From the human T2T-CHM13v2.0 reference genome, Homo sapiens: a DNA stretch of 64,000 nucleotides. The notes beneath the pieces were generated by a model. The model saw nothing but the letters and a program-made list of their open reading frames with translations. It was not told where the DNA came from and made no database searches. The stretch is taken from NCBI RefSeq assembly GCF_009914755.1, contig NC_060944.1. The stretch is one strand, 5' to 3'. Within the stretch, counting starts at the first letter, position 1. Each line of letters starts with the position of its first letter. A program made the translations under genes and the position numbers. Below, in pieces: positions 16,484 to 31,243 of this stretch.

Positions 16484-17746
16484 CTGGGGCAGGAGAGGCA
16501 GATTTGGACATGAGGGGCTGCTAGGAGACCTCCCTTGTCCAGCTCCCCCACTTCCTTGCAGGCTGAGGTCTTCTGTCTTCACTCATTCAGTGGCTAGGCC
16601 TGTGACCACTGGCTTGGACTGAAATTCTCCCAATTCTGGGCGTGGGAAGAAATGACTTGGGGAGGGGGAGTGTGTGGTCATGTTCTTCAAAGCGGGACCC
16701 TGGAGGGCATCTGGCCTGGCCAACGCCCTCAGTGCACAGTTATCTGAATGAAGGCACAGGGTGGTGAACTTCAGGCTACTCTAACCACTCAGAGACGCCG
16801 GATCATAAAAGGGGTGGCCTCAGGGGTGATGAGCTCCCTGTTCGGGTGTGTGTGTGTGTTTGTGTGCGCGTGCACATGCAAACAGTGCTGGAGAAGAAGC
16901 TGCAGGCTGCAGAGGAAAGTCCATGGGCCTGCTGGGAACTCACCATGTGAACATGGTAAGCCACTCCCCCTTTCTGGGCCTCAGTTTACTCAGTGGTAAA
17001 ATGGGGTAGACATGAAGATTCAATGAGGGATAGAGGGTATATAATGGCTCTCAACCCCGAGTGGAAGTTCCTTTCTTATTCTGGGGCATCTTAAAGAGCC
17101 TATTCACTCACTTTATCTTCACAGATCCAATGTAGCACGTACTGATATTACCCCCCATTCAACAAATGAAGATACTGAAGCACTGAAGAGTTAAACATCT
17201 TGTCCAGGGCCACACCACGAGTAAGTGCTGGAGCCAGGAATGAACCAGGGCTGTCTGATGCAGGAGTGTGCCGTGCCCCACAGCTCCAGGCTGACAGGAA
17301 TGTGTTGGTTCTCGGCACCGGCAGTCAGATGAAGCCACACCAGGTGCAGGTTCCAGAATCAGACCCCGAGATATGCAACCACAAGCAGGTAACATAATGT
17401 CTCCCAGCCTCAGTTTCCTCATCTGTGCAGTGGATGAAATCCTAGCACCTTCCCCATGAGTTCAGAAAGCAATGATGTTCACAACGGCTCTGGCCCAGGG
17501 CTTGGCACAGAGTTGGCGCTCAATAAGTGCAGCTCTTGGGGCTATGTTTTCACCCACTGAGCACTTATTGAGCACCAGGTCATGTGCTACGCCCCAAGGA
17601 TGCCTGCCTGGCCTTTGAAGGATCGCCAGCTTGGTGTCCTTTCTCCAGAACAAAGCACCTGACTAGGGACGGGCCCAGAGTCGGGGCTTTCCTGTGGAAT
17701 GTGGCCAGGCAGAACCCCCACACCCCAAGCCAGACACCCCTTTCAC

Positions 17747-17885
17747 CTGGTGAATGGCAGCTTCCAGGCGGCCCAGGCGGACACGGAGCTCCAGCTTCCC
17801 CAGGAGGCTGTTGGAAGCGGTGACCAGAACATGAAGCTGCTCGTCCACAAGGCTGTACAAGGCAGTGGCTGCAGCCAGATGGCTC
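17747..17885 (-). CDS. KIAA1755: KIAA1755 exon 11 (SHLAAATALY...LEAAIHQ)
   Basis: cccag|G AGC CAT ... CAC CAG|gtgaaa; 139 nt. Confidence 0.92.
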
Positions 17886-18344
17886 CTGGGAGGTGGGCGG
17901 AGGTGAGAAAAGGCCTCTGTTGCCCTCTTCACCCTGCTGTACTTCTGTCCCGCATAGGCCTGCCCCTCCATCTCTGTGGCCCCAGCCTGGGTTTCCAGCT
18001 AACTTGCTGTGTGACTGTGGGCAGGCCCTTCACCAAGGGCCTCAGCCTTGGTCTTCCATGGGACTGGGAGGACAAGAGAACACAGTAGGAAGTGAACTGA
18101 CCCTCCCCCTTCCCTAGAAGGGAATGAAGCTGGCCGGACAGATCTGGGTTCAAAGCCCAGCTCTGCTGCCTTCTAGTAGGAGGCTCTGTGCAAATTTCTC
18201 AACCTTTCTATGTCTCTGCTTTTTATTCTGTGAGGTGGAGATAATCACAGAACCCACTTCATAGCATGGTTGTAAGGATTAAATGATCTAACGCCCTGGC
18301 CCTCAACTCTAGCTATACATTATAACCTGCCCTGGGAGCTTTAA

Positions 18345-18737
<393 letters not shown>

Positions 18738-20565
18738 TGATGCTTTCTAAAGCACCTCAGGCGGTTCCAGGGACAGCCAGGGCAGAGAACCAGCGCTCAT
18801 GCGTGCAAAACACTTAACACAGTGCCCAGCGCACGATGTTTGTCAGGTCCGTGCTATTTCTATTGCAATGGTGGGAAGTAGCTGCAACATGCCTGCCGGC
18901 CCTGCCTCCATTTCACAGATGGGAAAACTGAGGTCAAGGGAGGGGAATCGACTTGCAGATGACAACCTGAGTTGGAACCCCACCCAGGGCTGTTTCTGCA
19001 CATAATTTTAAAAAATGCTCAAAGCCACAAGTCACTAAGGAAGAAGTGTGGATGGGATTTCAGGCATGGTGATATTTGTGTGAAGGGAGGAATCTCCAAC
19101 CCTGCTCTGCCCTCCTCTGCCTTCAGAGGGAAAATGGAAGAGAGAAGATGGAAGAAAAGCTTTTGACTTCCTGGAGGGTGCTTTGCTCTACCTCAGCCTC
19201 CCCATCTGACTGCAGCTCCCCACGGGTTGCCACCCTTGCAGGGAAGAGGTGTGGCCCAGGGTGCGTGAATAGGATAGAAAATCTCTGCCTGCCTGGAGAG
19301 GGAGGGACGGAGGGACGGGGACAGCCTAGGGGCTGCAGGGACCCGCTGCAGAACAAACGCCCACAGCAGCTCATGTGGGACCACAGTGACCCCTGCTGGA
19401 GATGCTGGTAGCTGCGGGTCTGCGGGGCCTCGGATGGACAGGAGGGGCCTGGGCTGGTGGGGCAGGTAAGGGTGGAAGAGGCTGAGAAAGGCAGTGCCAA
19501 CCCCCACCAGGCACTGAGGGGCAGGGAGATGACCCCATACCAGTGCTGCCCGTGCGTCCATCTGTGTAAGCCTGCTCTCAAGTCTAGTGCAGCTCTGGGT
19601 GGTGTGTTCAAGATTCTGGGACCAGACTGCCTGGATTCAAGTCCGGGCCCCACCACATCCCAGCTATGTGACCCTGGACTAATCACTTACCTTCTCTGAG
19701 CCTCAGGTTCCTCCACTGTAAAATAGGCATAATATCTGCAGCTACCTCGGAGTGAATTAAGTGAGCTGGTATTTGTAAATCCCTGAGAAAAATGCTGGAC
19801 ACATACAAAGTGCTATTTAGGTCTTGGTTCTGTAAACAAAATGTTCTTAAAAGCTCATGCATACCAGCCCTTGACTTTGAATATAAGTAGCTGTGTTCTA
19901 AGAGGGTGAAAATACTTGCAATTACTGACCAATTTAATGACTGACTTTTCCCCACCCCCTAAATTTAAGAAAGCTGGGACTTTCCAGGAATGTCTATAAT
20001 TTATTCTGGCTCTGAGACCCCTGAGACACCATGAGGTTCTCACAAGTGTGTCTGAGCAGCCTACCGGGAAAGGCAGGGCCGGGTAGGGGTTAAATGCCCA
20101 GAAGGCCTGGCTTCAAATCCCTTACCAGCCGCTGTCTAGCTGCTATTTCCCTTCGCTGAGCCTCAGTTACCCATCAGCCAAATGGACAATGTGGACCTCA
20201 CAGGGTTCTTGCCAGAAATAAATGAGGCAGGCTCTTGCAGGGGTTCAGCGTGGTGTGTGGGTCAGAGAAAGTGCTTTTCCAAAAGGGTGACCAGAAATGG
20301 GTAGGCGACATCCTCTGATGCCCATCCCAGGCTCAAGATGGCTGGGGCTGAAGGAGGGAAAGCAGAGAAGGGGCGAGGAAATTGCCAGGGCTCAGGGCAG
20401 GTTTCTGTGACCAGGCGTCAGCCTGGGATACAGGCCCTGCAACTACTGCAAAGCTGGGCGCCCTCGGGGCTCAGCTATGTGTGCCCTAGGTGGTGTGGTC
20501 CCAGCTCCAAGCTCCTGGGCCAGAAACAGGATGGGGTGGAAGAGGAAAGGCCTGGACGTCTGTAC

Positions 20566-20714
20566 CTGACATCAGGGCTGAAGTCCAGCCTGCTGGCATC
20601 ATGCTGCAGCCTGGCCAGGGTGGCTCCACCTTCCCGCTGGAGGCCCAGTAGGCCGGGGTCCCTCAGCACAGCCTCCATCAGCTCCTTGGACTTGCTCAGG
20701 CACCTGGTAGCCTC
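20566..20714 (-). CDS. KIAA1755: KIAA1755 exon 10 (EATRCLSK...FSPDVR)
   Basis: ggcag|GAG GCT ... GTC AG|gtacag; 149 nt. Confidence 0.92.
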
Positions 20715-20789
20715 CTGCCAGCGTAGGGAGGTGCCCTGAGGCCCCATCCCCACTCTCCCTCTGCAACCTTCCAAGGCTCCCCACACCCA

Positions 20790-21535
20790 GATCAAGTCCA
20801 ACTCCCAGTTTGGCATTCAAGGTCCTCCAGAAAGTCTGTCATTTCTGTCTCTAAAACATCCCCTCTAGCCATGTCCCCTCTCGTCACCACGGCAACCTCA
20901 TTGGTCCACCCTCCAGCATCTCTTGCTGGGACACCCATTCCAGCCTCTTCGCTGATCTCCCTGCTGCCCTCTGGCTCCCCCTACAGTCTGTTCTCCACAT
21001 GGCAGTTGAACGGATCTCAAAGTGCAAATCTGATAACCCCTGGTTTAAAACTCTCCAGTGGCTTTCCCTGCAGGCTTCGAACTGAATCCCAGCCCAACTC
21101 TTCCTTGGTCCAGCTCCTGCTGCATCTAGAAGCTCCACTCATGCTTCTTTCCCACTCATTCTGCTCCACACTGGCCTCCTTGCTACTCCTGAACACCCCA
21201 GGTATAATCCCACCTCAGGGCCTTCACATGTGTTTGCCCCCTGCCTGGAGCACAGCCCCCCACAAAGGCAGGCTCCTTCTCAAACTTCAAGCCTCAACTT
21301 AAACTCCAGCTCTTCAGAGAGGCCCTCCTCCCTCCCTCATTATTCCCAATCTTACTTCCACAGGACTTGACACAATTTGGAATGACATACCCATTTATAA
21401 TAGTTTGCTTTTTAAACTACCACCTCTGCCACAGCACCACGAGCCCCAAGAGGGCAGGGATAAGTCAGTTTGCTCCAGGCTGGTCTCCAGTGCAGGGTAC
21501 AAAGTGGGTGCCCCTCAAATATGAGTCAAATGAAT
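20790..21535 (-). mobile_element. L2 fragment
   Basis: ctcagggccttcacatgtg...ccctctgcctgga; ends in aatgaatga. Confidence 0.7.
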
Positions 21536-21654
21536 GATGAAAAACAGGAATAATGTCCTCCCCCTTTTCCCCAGGCCGTCCCCTTCTCGAAGCCCTTGGT
21601 CCATGGGGTCTGGGGTGTGATGTAGCTTCCCCAGTCACCATGCTCCAGGCTCAC

Positions 21655-21753
21655 CTGCATCCCCCCAGGGGGGTCGGCCTTCTCGAATTCCTCGATGGAA
21701 GCTTGTAGCAGGGAAGAGGCCTGGTGGAGGTCAGCAAGGAAAGGGTCCAGCTT
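21655..21753 (-). CDS. KIAA1755: KIAA1755 exon 9 (KLDPFLADL...PPGGMQ)
   Basis: ctgcag|AAG CTG ... ATG CAG|gtgagc; 99 nt. Confidence 0.93.
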
Positions 21754-21845
21754 CTGCAGGACAGAGGACCAAAGGGCAGGTGTCAGCCCAGGCCAACCAG
21801 GAGGATGCCTCTTGCATCTCAGGAGCACAGAGGGGAGGTGGGAGG

Positions 21846-22035
21846 CAGTGGCTCTCCAACTCCAGGTGCATCAGAAGCATCTGGAGAGCTGGTTAAAACA
21901 CAGGCTCTGGGCTCTGCTCCTGAGGTTCTGCTTCAGTTCCTCTGGGGCGAGGCATGGTAGAAAGTGCATTTCTAACAAGTTCCCAGGTGTTGCTGATGCT
22001 GCTGGCCTGGGGAACCACACTTTGAGAACCACTGG
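21846..22035. mobile_element. MER5A (hAT-Charlie MITE)
   Basis: cagtggctctc...gcatcagaagcatctgga...ccacactttgagaaccactg. Confidence 0.8.
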
Positions 22036-22631
22036 TGTTGAGTATGAGTGAGGGAGAAGAAAGGAGACAGGCCTGAGCGACTCCCAGGCCAGTGGGGATA
22101 CCATGATTGGTAAGGAAAGGAAGAGGGCAGAGTTAGGGGAACATTTTCAGCTGAGTCCCACTTCGGCCCAGCTCCATCACTTACAAGCTGTGAGACCTTG
22201 GGCAAGTTACTTAACCTCTCTGTGTCTCTGCTTCCTCCTCTTTAAAATGGAGATCATAGTAGTTCCTGCCTTATAGGGTTGTGTGAGGATTAAACCCATT
22301 AATATATGCAAGGCACTTAGAACAGAGCCCAGCCCATACTGTGTTTATCATCATTCTCACTTCCATGTAGTGGGTCTACAGGTAAGATTTCATGTAAAGG
22401 AAAGGGTTTAAAGCTAAAATACAGTTCAAAAACCAGTGGATTCATTGGAGGCCTCTGGAAAGGGAAGCTAGGACCCTGGGGGACAAGCGGAAAAGGAGAT
22501 TGTTCAGTAGGTATCTTTTTGGACCATTTGAAATGTGAATATACTTACTGCCTATTCAAAAACACACAATTTTAAAAAGATCACTTGGGCAAAAAGTAAA
22601 TAAGCCACCATGTTACACTGTTAGTATAGAC

Positions 22632-22837
22632 CGGCGGTTCTCAATGAGGGGTGACTTTGCCCCCGGGGACATTCAGCAATGTCAGGAGACTTTTTTAATT
22701 GTCATAATTTGTGGGGTGCAAACAGTGGGTAGAGCCAGGGCTGGTACCAAGCATGCCGCAATACACAAGACAGCTCCCAACAAAACAGAATTGCTCAACC
22801 CCAAATGTGAATAGGTTAAGGTTGAGCAACCCTGGTC
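22632..22837 (+). mobile_element. MER20
   Basis: ggttctcaa...ggggtgactttgccccc.ggggacatt...gcaatgtc.ggagac. Confidence 0.75.
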
Positions 22838-22889
22838 TAGAGAGGACCCGGGGCGGGCATTGATGGGCATCGGTTTCGGTGTGGTTTAA

Positions 22890-23437
<548 letters not shown>

Positions 23438-23781
23438 TAACATAGACCTAGCTCTTTACCCGTATTAACTAAATTAATCCTCACAAAAACCCCATGAGGA
23501 GGTACTATTATTATCCCCTGTTTAGCTGATGAGGAAACCAAGGCTCAGAGAAGGTAAGTAACTTATCCAAAATCACACAGCAGAGCTGGGATTGCAATGT
23601 AGGCAGCCTGGCCCCAGAGCCTGAGCTCTTAATCATTTGACTCTGTACCTTCACTGTAAACATTTGTTGAGTGACCGTTTATTTTTTAGCATAGCAGGGT
23701 TGATGGATCCATGGGACAGAAGAGTGAAGAGAAGAAGAGAAGGAGTGGGGGTCAGGGGCTAAAGGCTGTGACGGTAAACAC

Positions 23782-23898
23782 CTGGAAGAAATGAACCCAC
23801 TCGGTGTGGCAGTAGGGGAAGGGGCCTTCCAGGACTGCGGGCAGCTGGCTGGGGTCCACATGGTGGCTGAGGGCCTTCAATGAGGTCAGCACCTCCAC
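23782..23898 (-). CDS. KIAA1755: KIAA1755 exon 8 (VEVLTSLKAL...HTEWVHFFQ)
   Basis: tgcag|GTG GAG ... TTC CAG|gtgttt; 117 nt; VDPSQLPAVLEGPFPYCHTEW resembles the QL-x-x-x-x-G-x-x-x-Y-x-H-x-x-W end of Trio-type SEC14 domains. Confidence 0.93.
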
Positions 23899-24487
23899 CT
23901 GCAGACCAAAGAATCAGGAGAACCAGGGACTCAAAGTGAGGACAGTCATTTTAGAAGGTCCTGCCCAGATCCCTGCCCCAGCACCAGTTCATTTCCCACA
24001 AGTAAGGTTGACTCCAGCTTTAAAAGTTGCTTTGCCAGCAACCAATCTTCTCTGGAAACTCTGACAAATCAAAATTCAGAACCAGACCCTGGTTAGGGAA
24101 TGGCAAATAAACAGCACTCATACTGCCACTCTCCTAGCTTGTGCCCAAGGCAGACATCATTAATCAATCATAGCACTCGTTCCCTCTGAGCTTGGCTCTT
24201 TCCCAGTACAGCTCTCCGGGCAATCATACAAACTGATGGAAGCTGGCCCTTGTGATGAAACTTCTTTGTAATCTTTGCACAGTTCCCTGAGGAGCCAAGA
24301 GCTGTTTCCTTCTTGGGGCTGGTGAGAAAAGTCACTAAATCCCAACAGTGTCCTCTAAGACATGGAAGAACTAGGTGACTGCTTCTGCCAGGCAGAGAAA
24401 TTTGAGGTTTATGCTGGGAATAGCTCCAGATACCTAGGCTTGGGATTTGGTGGATTCTGTGGTTTTTTTGGACCCACCTGATATTCC

Positions 24488-24645
24488 TGCTACTCAAAGT
24501 GTGGTCCATGGGCCAGCATCGCCGGCATCACCTAGGACATGTTGGAAATTCAGAGTCCCAGGACCCACCCAGAACTACTCAATCAGAACCTGCACATTAA
24601 TGTATTTCCCCAAGAGATCAGTAAGCACATTAAAGTTGGAACAGC
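24488..24645. mobile_element. MER5A-like
   Basis: ctactcaaagtgtggtcc...cagcatc...catcacct. Confidence 0.7.
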
Positions 24646-25270
24646 ACACCTCCAGCCCACAATCTGCCTCTTCACTAACCAGGAGGAAGGAGAGTTTTAA
24701 AATCACATCCCGAAGCAGGACAGAGGACTGACTGCCCTTACTCATTACTGTGGTGTATGGCACTAATTAAAGGGAGCTGCAGGGCTCTTTCCTGCAGAGT
24801 CCCGCTTCAGCTCCACATCTGTATTAATTAGGGCGAGAAATACAGGAAGAGCAGGTGTGACCGCAGTGTGAAAAAGGCACTGGAGTCAGGTGACTCCAGC
24901 TCTGCGTCTAGCTTGCTGTGTGGCCTTAGGCTTCAGTTTCCCCCTCTGAAAACAAAGGGAGGAGGGATGGACCAGATGAAGCTTTTCAAATAGGTTCTAT
25001 GCCATGTGCAATTCTCGATCATGTGGCAGCACCCACCAGGAGCTGCTAGGATTGCCAGAGAGATATCACTCTGTGACTGATTTGACAATGCCTGCCACGG
25101 ATCTATACTGGGGATTGGTAGCGCTTAGGCCTCGTATTTATTGCCTTACACTAGATTACCTCCAGGCCTCTTCTAGCTCATGAATTCTGCAGTTCTCCCT
25201 CTCCTTAACCCCAGCTCAGCTCGAGCCCAACAACTCCCTTCCTCAACCGCCGACCCTGAGTCCCCCTCAC

Positions 25271-25357
25271 CTGGACGTCAGGTAATGTCTGCAGCTGGAG
25301 AGCCGCCTCCTTCTCCCCCAGGAAGAGAATAGCCCGGATAGAGGCTGGGACCTGAGC
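25271..25357 (-). CDS. KIAA1755: KIAA1755 exon 7 (AQVPASIRAILF...LPDVQ)
   Basis: gacag|GCT CAG ... GTC CAG|gtgagg; 87 nt. Confidence 0.93.
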
Positions 25358-25659
25358 CTGTCAAAGACAACCACTGCAGAGTTGCTCTGCCCAAGGCTTC
25401 ATGAAGCCTCACACACTTTGATTTCCTCCTTCATCCCCTGTAAGATGCAGGCAAATGGGTCACAAGGACAGAGTGGGGTCCCTCCATGACTGGAATCTTT
25501 GTGTGATACGTTTGGACCGTGAATCATTGGTTAGAAGTCATGAGAGCAGCAGGTTCAAGTTGTGTTGCAAATCTTTCCAGATGACCTGCCCCTCTGGGCC
25601 CCAGTTTGCCCATCTACAAAGCAAAGGAGGTCAGACCATAAGGTAAGCAGATGCAGAAC

Positions 25660-26150
25660 CTCCATTGACTCTGCTGCCCATAATTGCTGGATAGGAATCT
25701 TCTCTCCTCCCTTCTCAGCTCATGAGCTTTATGTGATCTAAGTCTGAGCCAATCAGTGTGTTGCATTCACCCCCAGGCCACAGGGTTGGGTGTGGAGGGA
25801 CTCCTGAATCCACTGTAACTGAGACACAAAGAAATTTTTGCTGAGACCTCTGGGAAAATAATCTCTTACTCTTTCCTAATGGATTTAAATTAGAGACCAT
25901 GTGAAGTCAGAGCTGCTGGGAGCCATCCGGCCACCAAGGGGCGCGGGGTGCCAAGCGGGGTGGCTTGGCATCCTCCAAAGAGAACGGGGCCAGAAATGGA
26001 GAGAGAGGAACCAGGTTCTAATGATAATATCTGAGCCCTTGGATCAGGCCATACTTGAAGCTGGACTTGGCTCCTGGACTGTCCATTGACATGAACCAAT
26101 GAGCTTCAAGCTTGTTAGGGCTGAGTTTTCTGTTGGCTGCAGTAAAAGTC
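25660..26150. mobile_element. MLT1-type MaLR LTR fragment
   Basis: tgagccaatcag...tgagcccttggatcaggccatacttgaagct...tgaaccaat. Confidence 0.6.
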
Positions 26151-26263
26151 CCTGCCTGAGAGTCCTGGTCCCAGCCTTAAGCACCCCCGGACTCTATGAA
26201 TGTCAGGAGGCCCCTGGTGGCTCCCAGGACTTACTAGGCTAAGGCTCTCCACCTCCCACTCAC

Positions 26264-26357
26264 CTGGGTGGCCTGCAGGGCGCTGACCAGACCGGGCTGT
26301 GGGGGCTGTCTCCTGGCGTCAATCAGGACCGCCAGCCCCTTGGCTTTATCTTCAGGC
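26264..26357 (-). CDS. KIAA1755: KIAA1755 exon 6 (PEDKAKGLAVLIDARR...LQATQ)
   Basis: cacag|G CCT GAA ... ACC CAG|gtgagt; 94 nt. Confidence 0.93.
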
Positions 26358-28060
26358 CTGTGGGTGGTAAACAGAATTGACAGTCTTGCTGGATGGCCTC
26401 GGACAGGGGGCAGGACCTAGTGGAAGGTGAGGGAACCTGGCTGCTAGAAACCTTGATTTACTGGTGAACTCTTCATCCTGTTAAGACCAAGTTCCAATGC
26501 CCCTTCTAGGAAGCCCTCCGTGGTTCTTCTCCAGGCAGAGCCTTTTGCTTCCTCTTTGGTGCTCCTGCAAGACCTCATACAGCCCTCGTTTATAGCCCTA
26601 CTATTCCTAACTCTAGCAACTAACCCAGGTACAGTAGGCAAGTCACTTGGGACTCATCCACTTTTTTGTGTAGGCAGAATCCTTATTTTGCTCAAGAATC
26701 CAACTCCCTCCAAAAAGCCAAGTTCCCCCAGAGCCTGGCTTCTGATTGGTTGAGGCCAACAGTAGTGACGTAATTCCTCTGGCCAGTGATTGGTTTAGAT
26801 GGGGAGGGTCATGTGACATTTCTGGCCAATGATATGTGAGGGAAAGTTTTCCAGGGAAAGAGGCTTCTGGGAAAGACATTCCCTCCTTTAAAAAGTTCTT
26901 AACAAAGAGATATGAGGCAGAGACATACAATGATACATTTCCTTAACAGATAAAACATTTTAAATGGGAATTTCTGTTGATTGCAGCCAAAACACCCTCC
27001 CTGGTTCAGCCACATTGCACTGAGCTTACAGTGGGCCACTTTTCAGTGACTATCTTAGGATTTTCCAAACTGGCACAATTTTCAAGACTTGTTAAAATAC
27101 AGATTCCTCACCCTACTCCTCTCCCATCCCCACCCCTCTAGCCATCTGGCCAGTGGGTACAGGGTGGCCAGGGAATCTGTGTGGTTCCAAGCACCCTCGG
27201 CCAGTCTAATGATCAGGCAGGATTGAAAAATAGCCCCCAACTGCCCTCAAGCCTTACAACCACTCAGTGCACAGACAAAACCTGAGGTGGCCCAGTGGGA
27301 GGGTAGAGCTGTGGCACTGCCATTAGTACCTTGTGGTCTGGGCAAGTTATTTCATCTCCCTGAGTCAATTTAATAATGATAGTACCGGCCTTATGGGCTG
27401 TAGTGAGGACTGATGAATTCATTCTTGTAAAGCACTCAGTGACTGCACAGAGTAAATGGGATGTAAATATTTGCTATGATTATCCTAGAAGGGGAAACTG
27501 AGGCACAGAAAGGCCCAGTGGCAGATAGTGACAGGAGGCTCTGGGAGGTGATTTCAAGTCTCTGACTTTATGTCCTTGCCTCCCTCTGGCGATGCCCATG
27601 CTGGACAGTGATTTGTTTCCAGACCTGTCTCTGCTACCAACCTGGAGGCCCTTAAAAGTCAGGGCCCGGTGTGAGGTGCCTCTGTCCCTAGCACCATGTA
27701 GCATGAAGCCAAGCCCAGAGCAGGGGCCCAGCCAATGTTCATTCAGAGCACAAGTGGAGAAAACCAGCCCAGCACACAAGCACCTGGTGTGCACTGCACT
27801 CCACAGTTTACATCCTCTACACCCCCTCATCCCTGCCACTTGTGCCCAGCTTGGTCCTTAGAGCCCTCTTGGTCATGCCCTTTATTCAGGCGAGCCTTGG
27901 GGAGGGGAGATTATTTCCCTATGGTTGCATAGCCAGTCGGTGGGATCCCAGAGCTCTGTCTACCACACTAGTCACTTTCCACCACAGAAAAAGGGGGTCC
28001 CATCTCCCACTCAGTCCAGAAAAGCCACTCCACCTTGGACAAGAAGAAAAAAAATGTTAG

Positions 28061-28079
28061 TGACCAGCAGGTGGCAGTG
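28061..28079 (+). promoter_or_regulatory. CTCF core motif
   Basis: TGACCAGCAGGTGGCAGTG matches CCASYAGRKGGCRS. Confidence 0.6.
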
Positions 28080-28537
28080 ATGGCTCCAGTGGGGTGGGAT
28101 GCATGAAGATAGTTCCAGAGGGTTCCATCACCTTCCACCCCTTACCCCCAACAGCAGACCTCTAGGTTGAGTTGGGGCTTATTAGCCAGTCCTGAGCAGC
28201 ATCCCCTCTAAGACTGCCCTGGCTAGGGGCTGGGTCCCGAGGAAAAGAGGGCGCCTCTTCCCCAGCCGGTCCATTAAGTCTGAATGGTGGCAGGGGTAGG
28301 AGTGTTAGGAGGAGCATTAGAAATCAGCCTGAGTCCACTCATCATTCATTCACTCACTCACTCACTGACTCACCCACTCATTCTTTCACTCTCTCATTCA
28401 TTCATTTACTCATTCACCCCTTTCCTTTGTTTATTCAAATATTTATAATTCAGATGACAGCTCAATTATCACCTCCTCAGGGAAGCCTTCCCCGATTTCC
28501 CAATTGAAATTAACATCCCCTATTCTTCTTACTCTAC

Positions 28538-29037
<500 letters not shown>

Positions 29038-29318
29038 ACAAACATCACTCTTTTCTTCATCACACTGACACTCCTGAAAGTTTCTTGGCCATGGTTTGTT
29101 TCTTGCACTCTGTCCATCTCTCCCACCAGCCTGACAACCCCCCGATGGCAGGGACTGAGGCTGTTTTGCTTTCCCCCGGCATCTGTCTGGGGACTGGCTC
29201 TGTGAACAGACGACTGGATGGAAGGATATGGTGCCTCTCCACTCAGTGTCTGGTCCAGGGCTCTGGGCCCAGAGGGTTGAGGTGGGGATGGAGCAGTCAG
29301 GGTGGCCCAGATCCTTAC

Positions 29319-29442
29319 CTGGGGATGGTACACAGGTAGGACAGTAGCTTGGTGACCTCTGAAACTGTGCACCATGGTGCCTCCCAGGCCCCCTCTGTAG
29401 TTGACACCAGAAGCAGGGGCCGCCCGGCCCTGTCCCGGCCAC
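29319..29442 (-). CDS. KIAA1755: KIAA1755 exon 5 ([12 protein letters not shown]...LCTIPR), start of SEC14/CRAL-TRIO-like domain
   Basis: ccag|GT GGC CGG GAC ... CCC AG|gtaagg; 124 nt; GGRD-x-x-G-x-P motif typical of Trio/Dbl-family SEC14 domains. Confidence 0.93.
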
Positions 29443-30461
29443 CTGGAGGACAGAGGGCACACGTGAGCAGTGAGAACTTGTGGGGGGCCCTCTAGGGACC
29501 TCTCCTGTGGCCTGCAGACCTTTGGCCGTAACGGTTCCTTTGCCTGGAACACCCTTTCTCTCCTTCTCCTTCTGTGAACTCTGACTTCTACTTATCCTTC
29601 AAGACCCAGCTCAAACACCACTTCGTGAGAAAAGTCTTCCCTGAATCTCCTCTGTGCAGAGCACTCCCTCTGTATAAGATACGTGGGCAGGCAAAGCTCA
29701 TGGCATGAGCTCTGGGGTCACACAGAAAGGGGTCAAGTCTCTGCTCTGCAGTGACTCACTGTGTGTCTGTGGGCAAGTCAGTGCACCTCTGAGCTTCAGT
29801 TTCCTCATCTGTTAAACAGGGAGAATAATATGCTGAGCTTATTAGGTTATTTCAAGGATGAAATCAGACAGCTCCTGAGAAGCACTTAATACACAGCAAG
29901 AGCTCAGTGAATGATTGAGTTGCTCAATCGTTGGTCGTTACAATGATCACTGTCTCTGTTCTCGTCTCCAGTCCAAGGGGTGGTGAGCGTGCAGCCCTGT
30001 GGCCACCAGCACTATTTCTTCTTGCAGACTTTCAACCCTGGGTTTCCGACAGGCTATTTCCTGTTCCAGGAATCTGGGCGGTGTGCCTCACTCTCCCCAC
30101 AGGAGTCATGAGGCTGAGGCTCCGGGAGCCAGTACAGCCCATCCTCATGGGGAGGAAAGGGGAGGGCAAATACAGCAGCAGGGAAAGAGGCTCGGGCCTT
30201 GGGAAACCACACCTGTCTCGCAGCCTGGACTCAGAGCCCTGCACTTCAGTCACCTCACTCCAGGATGCCCTGCAATGACCACCAGCCACTCCACGTGGGC
30301 ACCACCCTCTGCAGCGTGCAAAACCCTTCACAGCTCACGAAGCCTTGGACAAACCTAACCACCTTCACAAGTGCCGCCTCACAGGGGTCCAACCACCTGG
30401 AACATTCTTTCACATATGTCTTAAAATCTGATATAATTTTTAAAATAAAAAAAAAATTTGT

Positions 30462-30836
<375 letters not shown>

Positions 30837-30952
30837 CTACTATTCACTTACAAATTTCGAAAGTAAAGACATTTTGTTGGGGATAAGAGGGGAGACTTGA
30901 ACAGAAACTGGAAATTGATTAGTATGAGGACATTCTTTTTCATTTTGTTAGG

Positions 30953-31243
30953 GGGCCGGGTGCAGTGGCTCATGCCTGTAATCCCAGCATTTTGGGAGAC
31001 CAAGGTAAGAGAATGGCTTGAGCTCGGGAGTTCGAGACCAGCCTGGGCAACATAGCAAGACCTTGTCTTTACTAAAAATTAAAAAAATAATTAGCCAGGA
31101 GTGGTGGTGTGTGCCTGCAGTCCCAGCTGCTCAGGAGGCTGAGGTGGGAGAATCGCTTGAGCCGGGGAGGTTGAGGCTGCAAGAACCATAATTGTTTCAC
31201 TGCACTCCAGCCTGGGTGACAGAGTGAGACCTTGTCTCAAAAG
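30953..31243 (+). mobile_element. AluJ-like
   Basis: Diverged Alu dimer. Confidence 0.88.

Noticed and set aside
19123-19686. 187-aa minus ORF in intron 10 as an extra exon
   Set aside because: Exons 10 and 11 already join in frame to give 1200 aa; the ORF begins in a MIR and has no convincing splice sites
24763-24831. Two TAATTA palindromes in a loosely inverted arrangement
   Set aside because: Short motifs with poor pairing between them; not distinguishable from chance without conservation data
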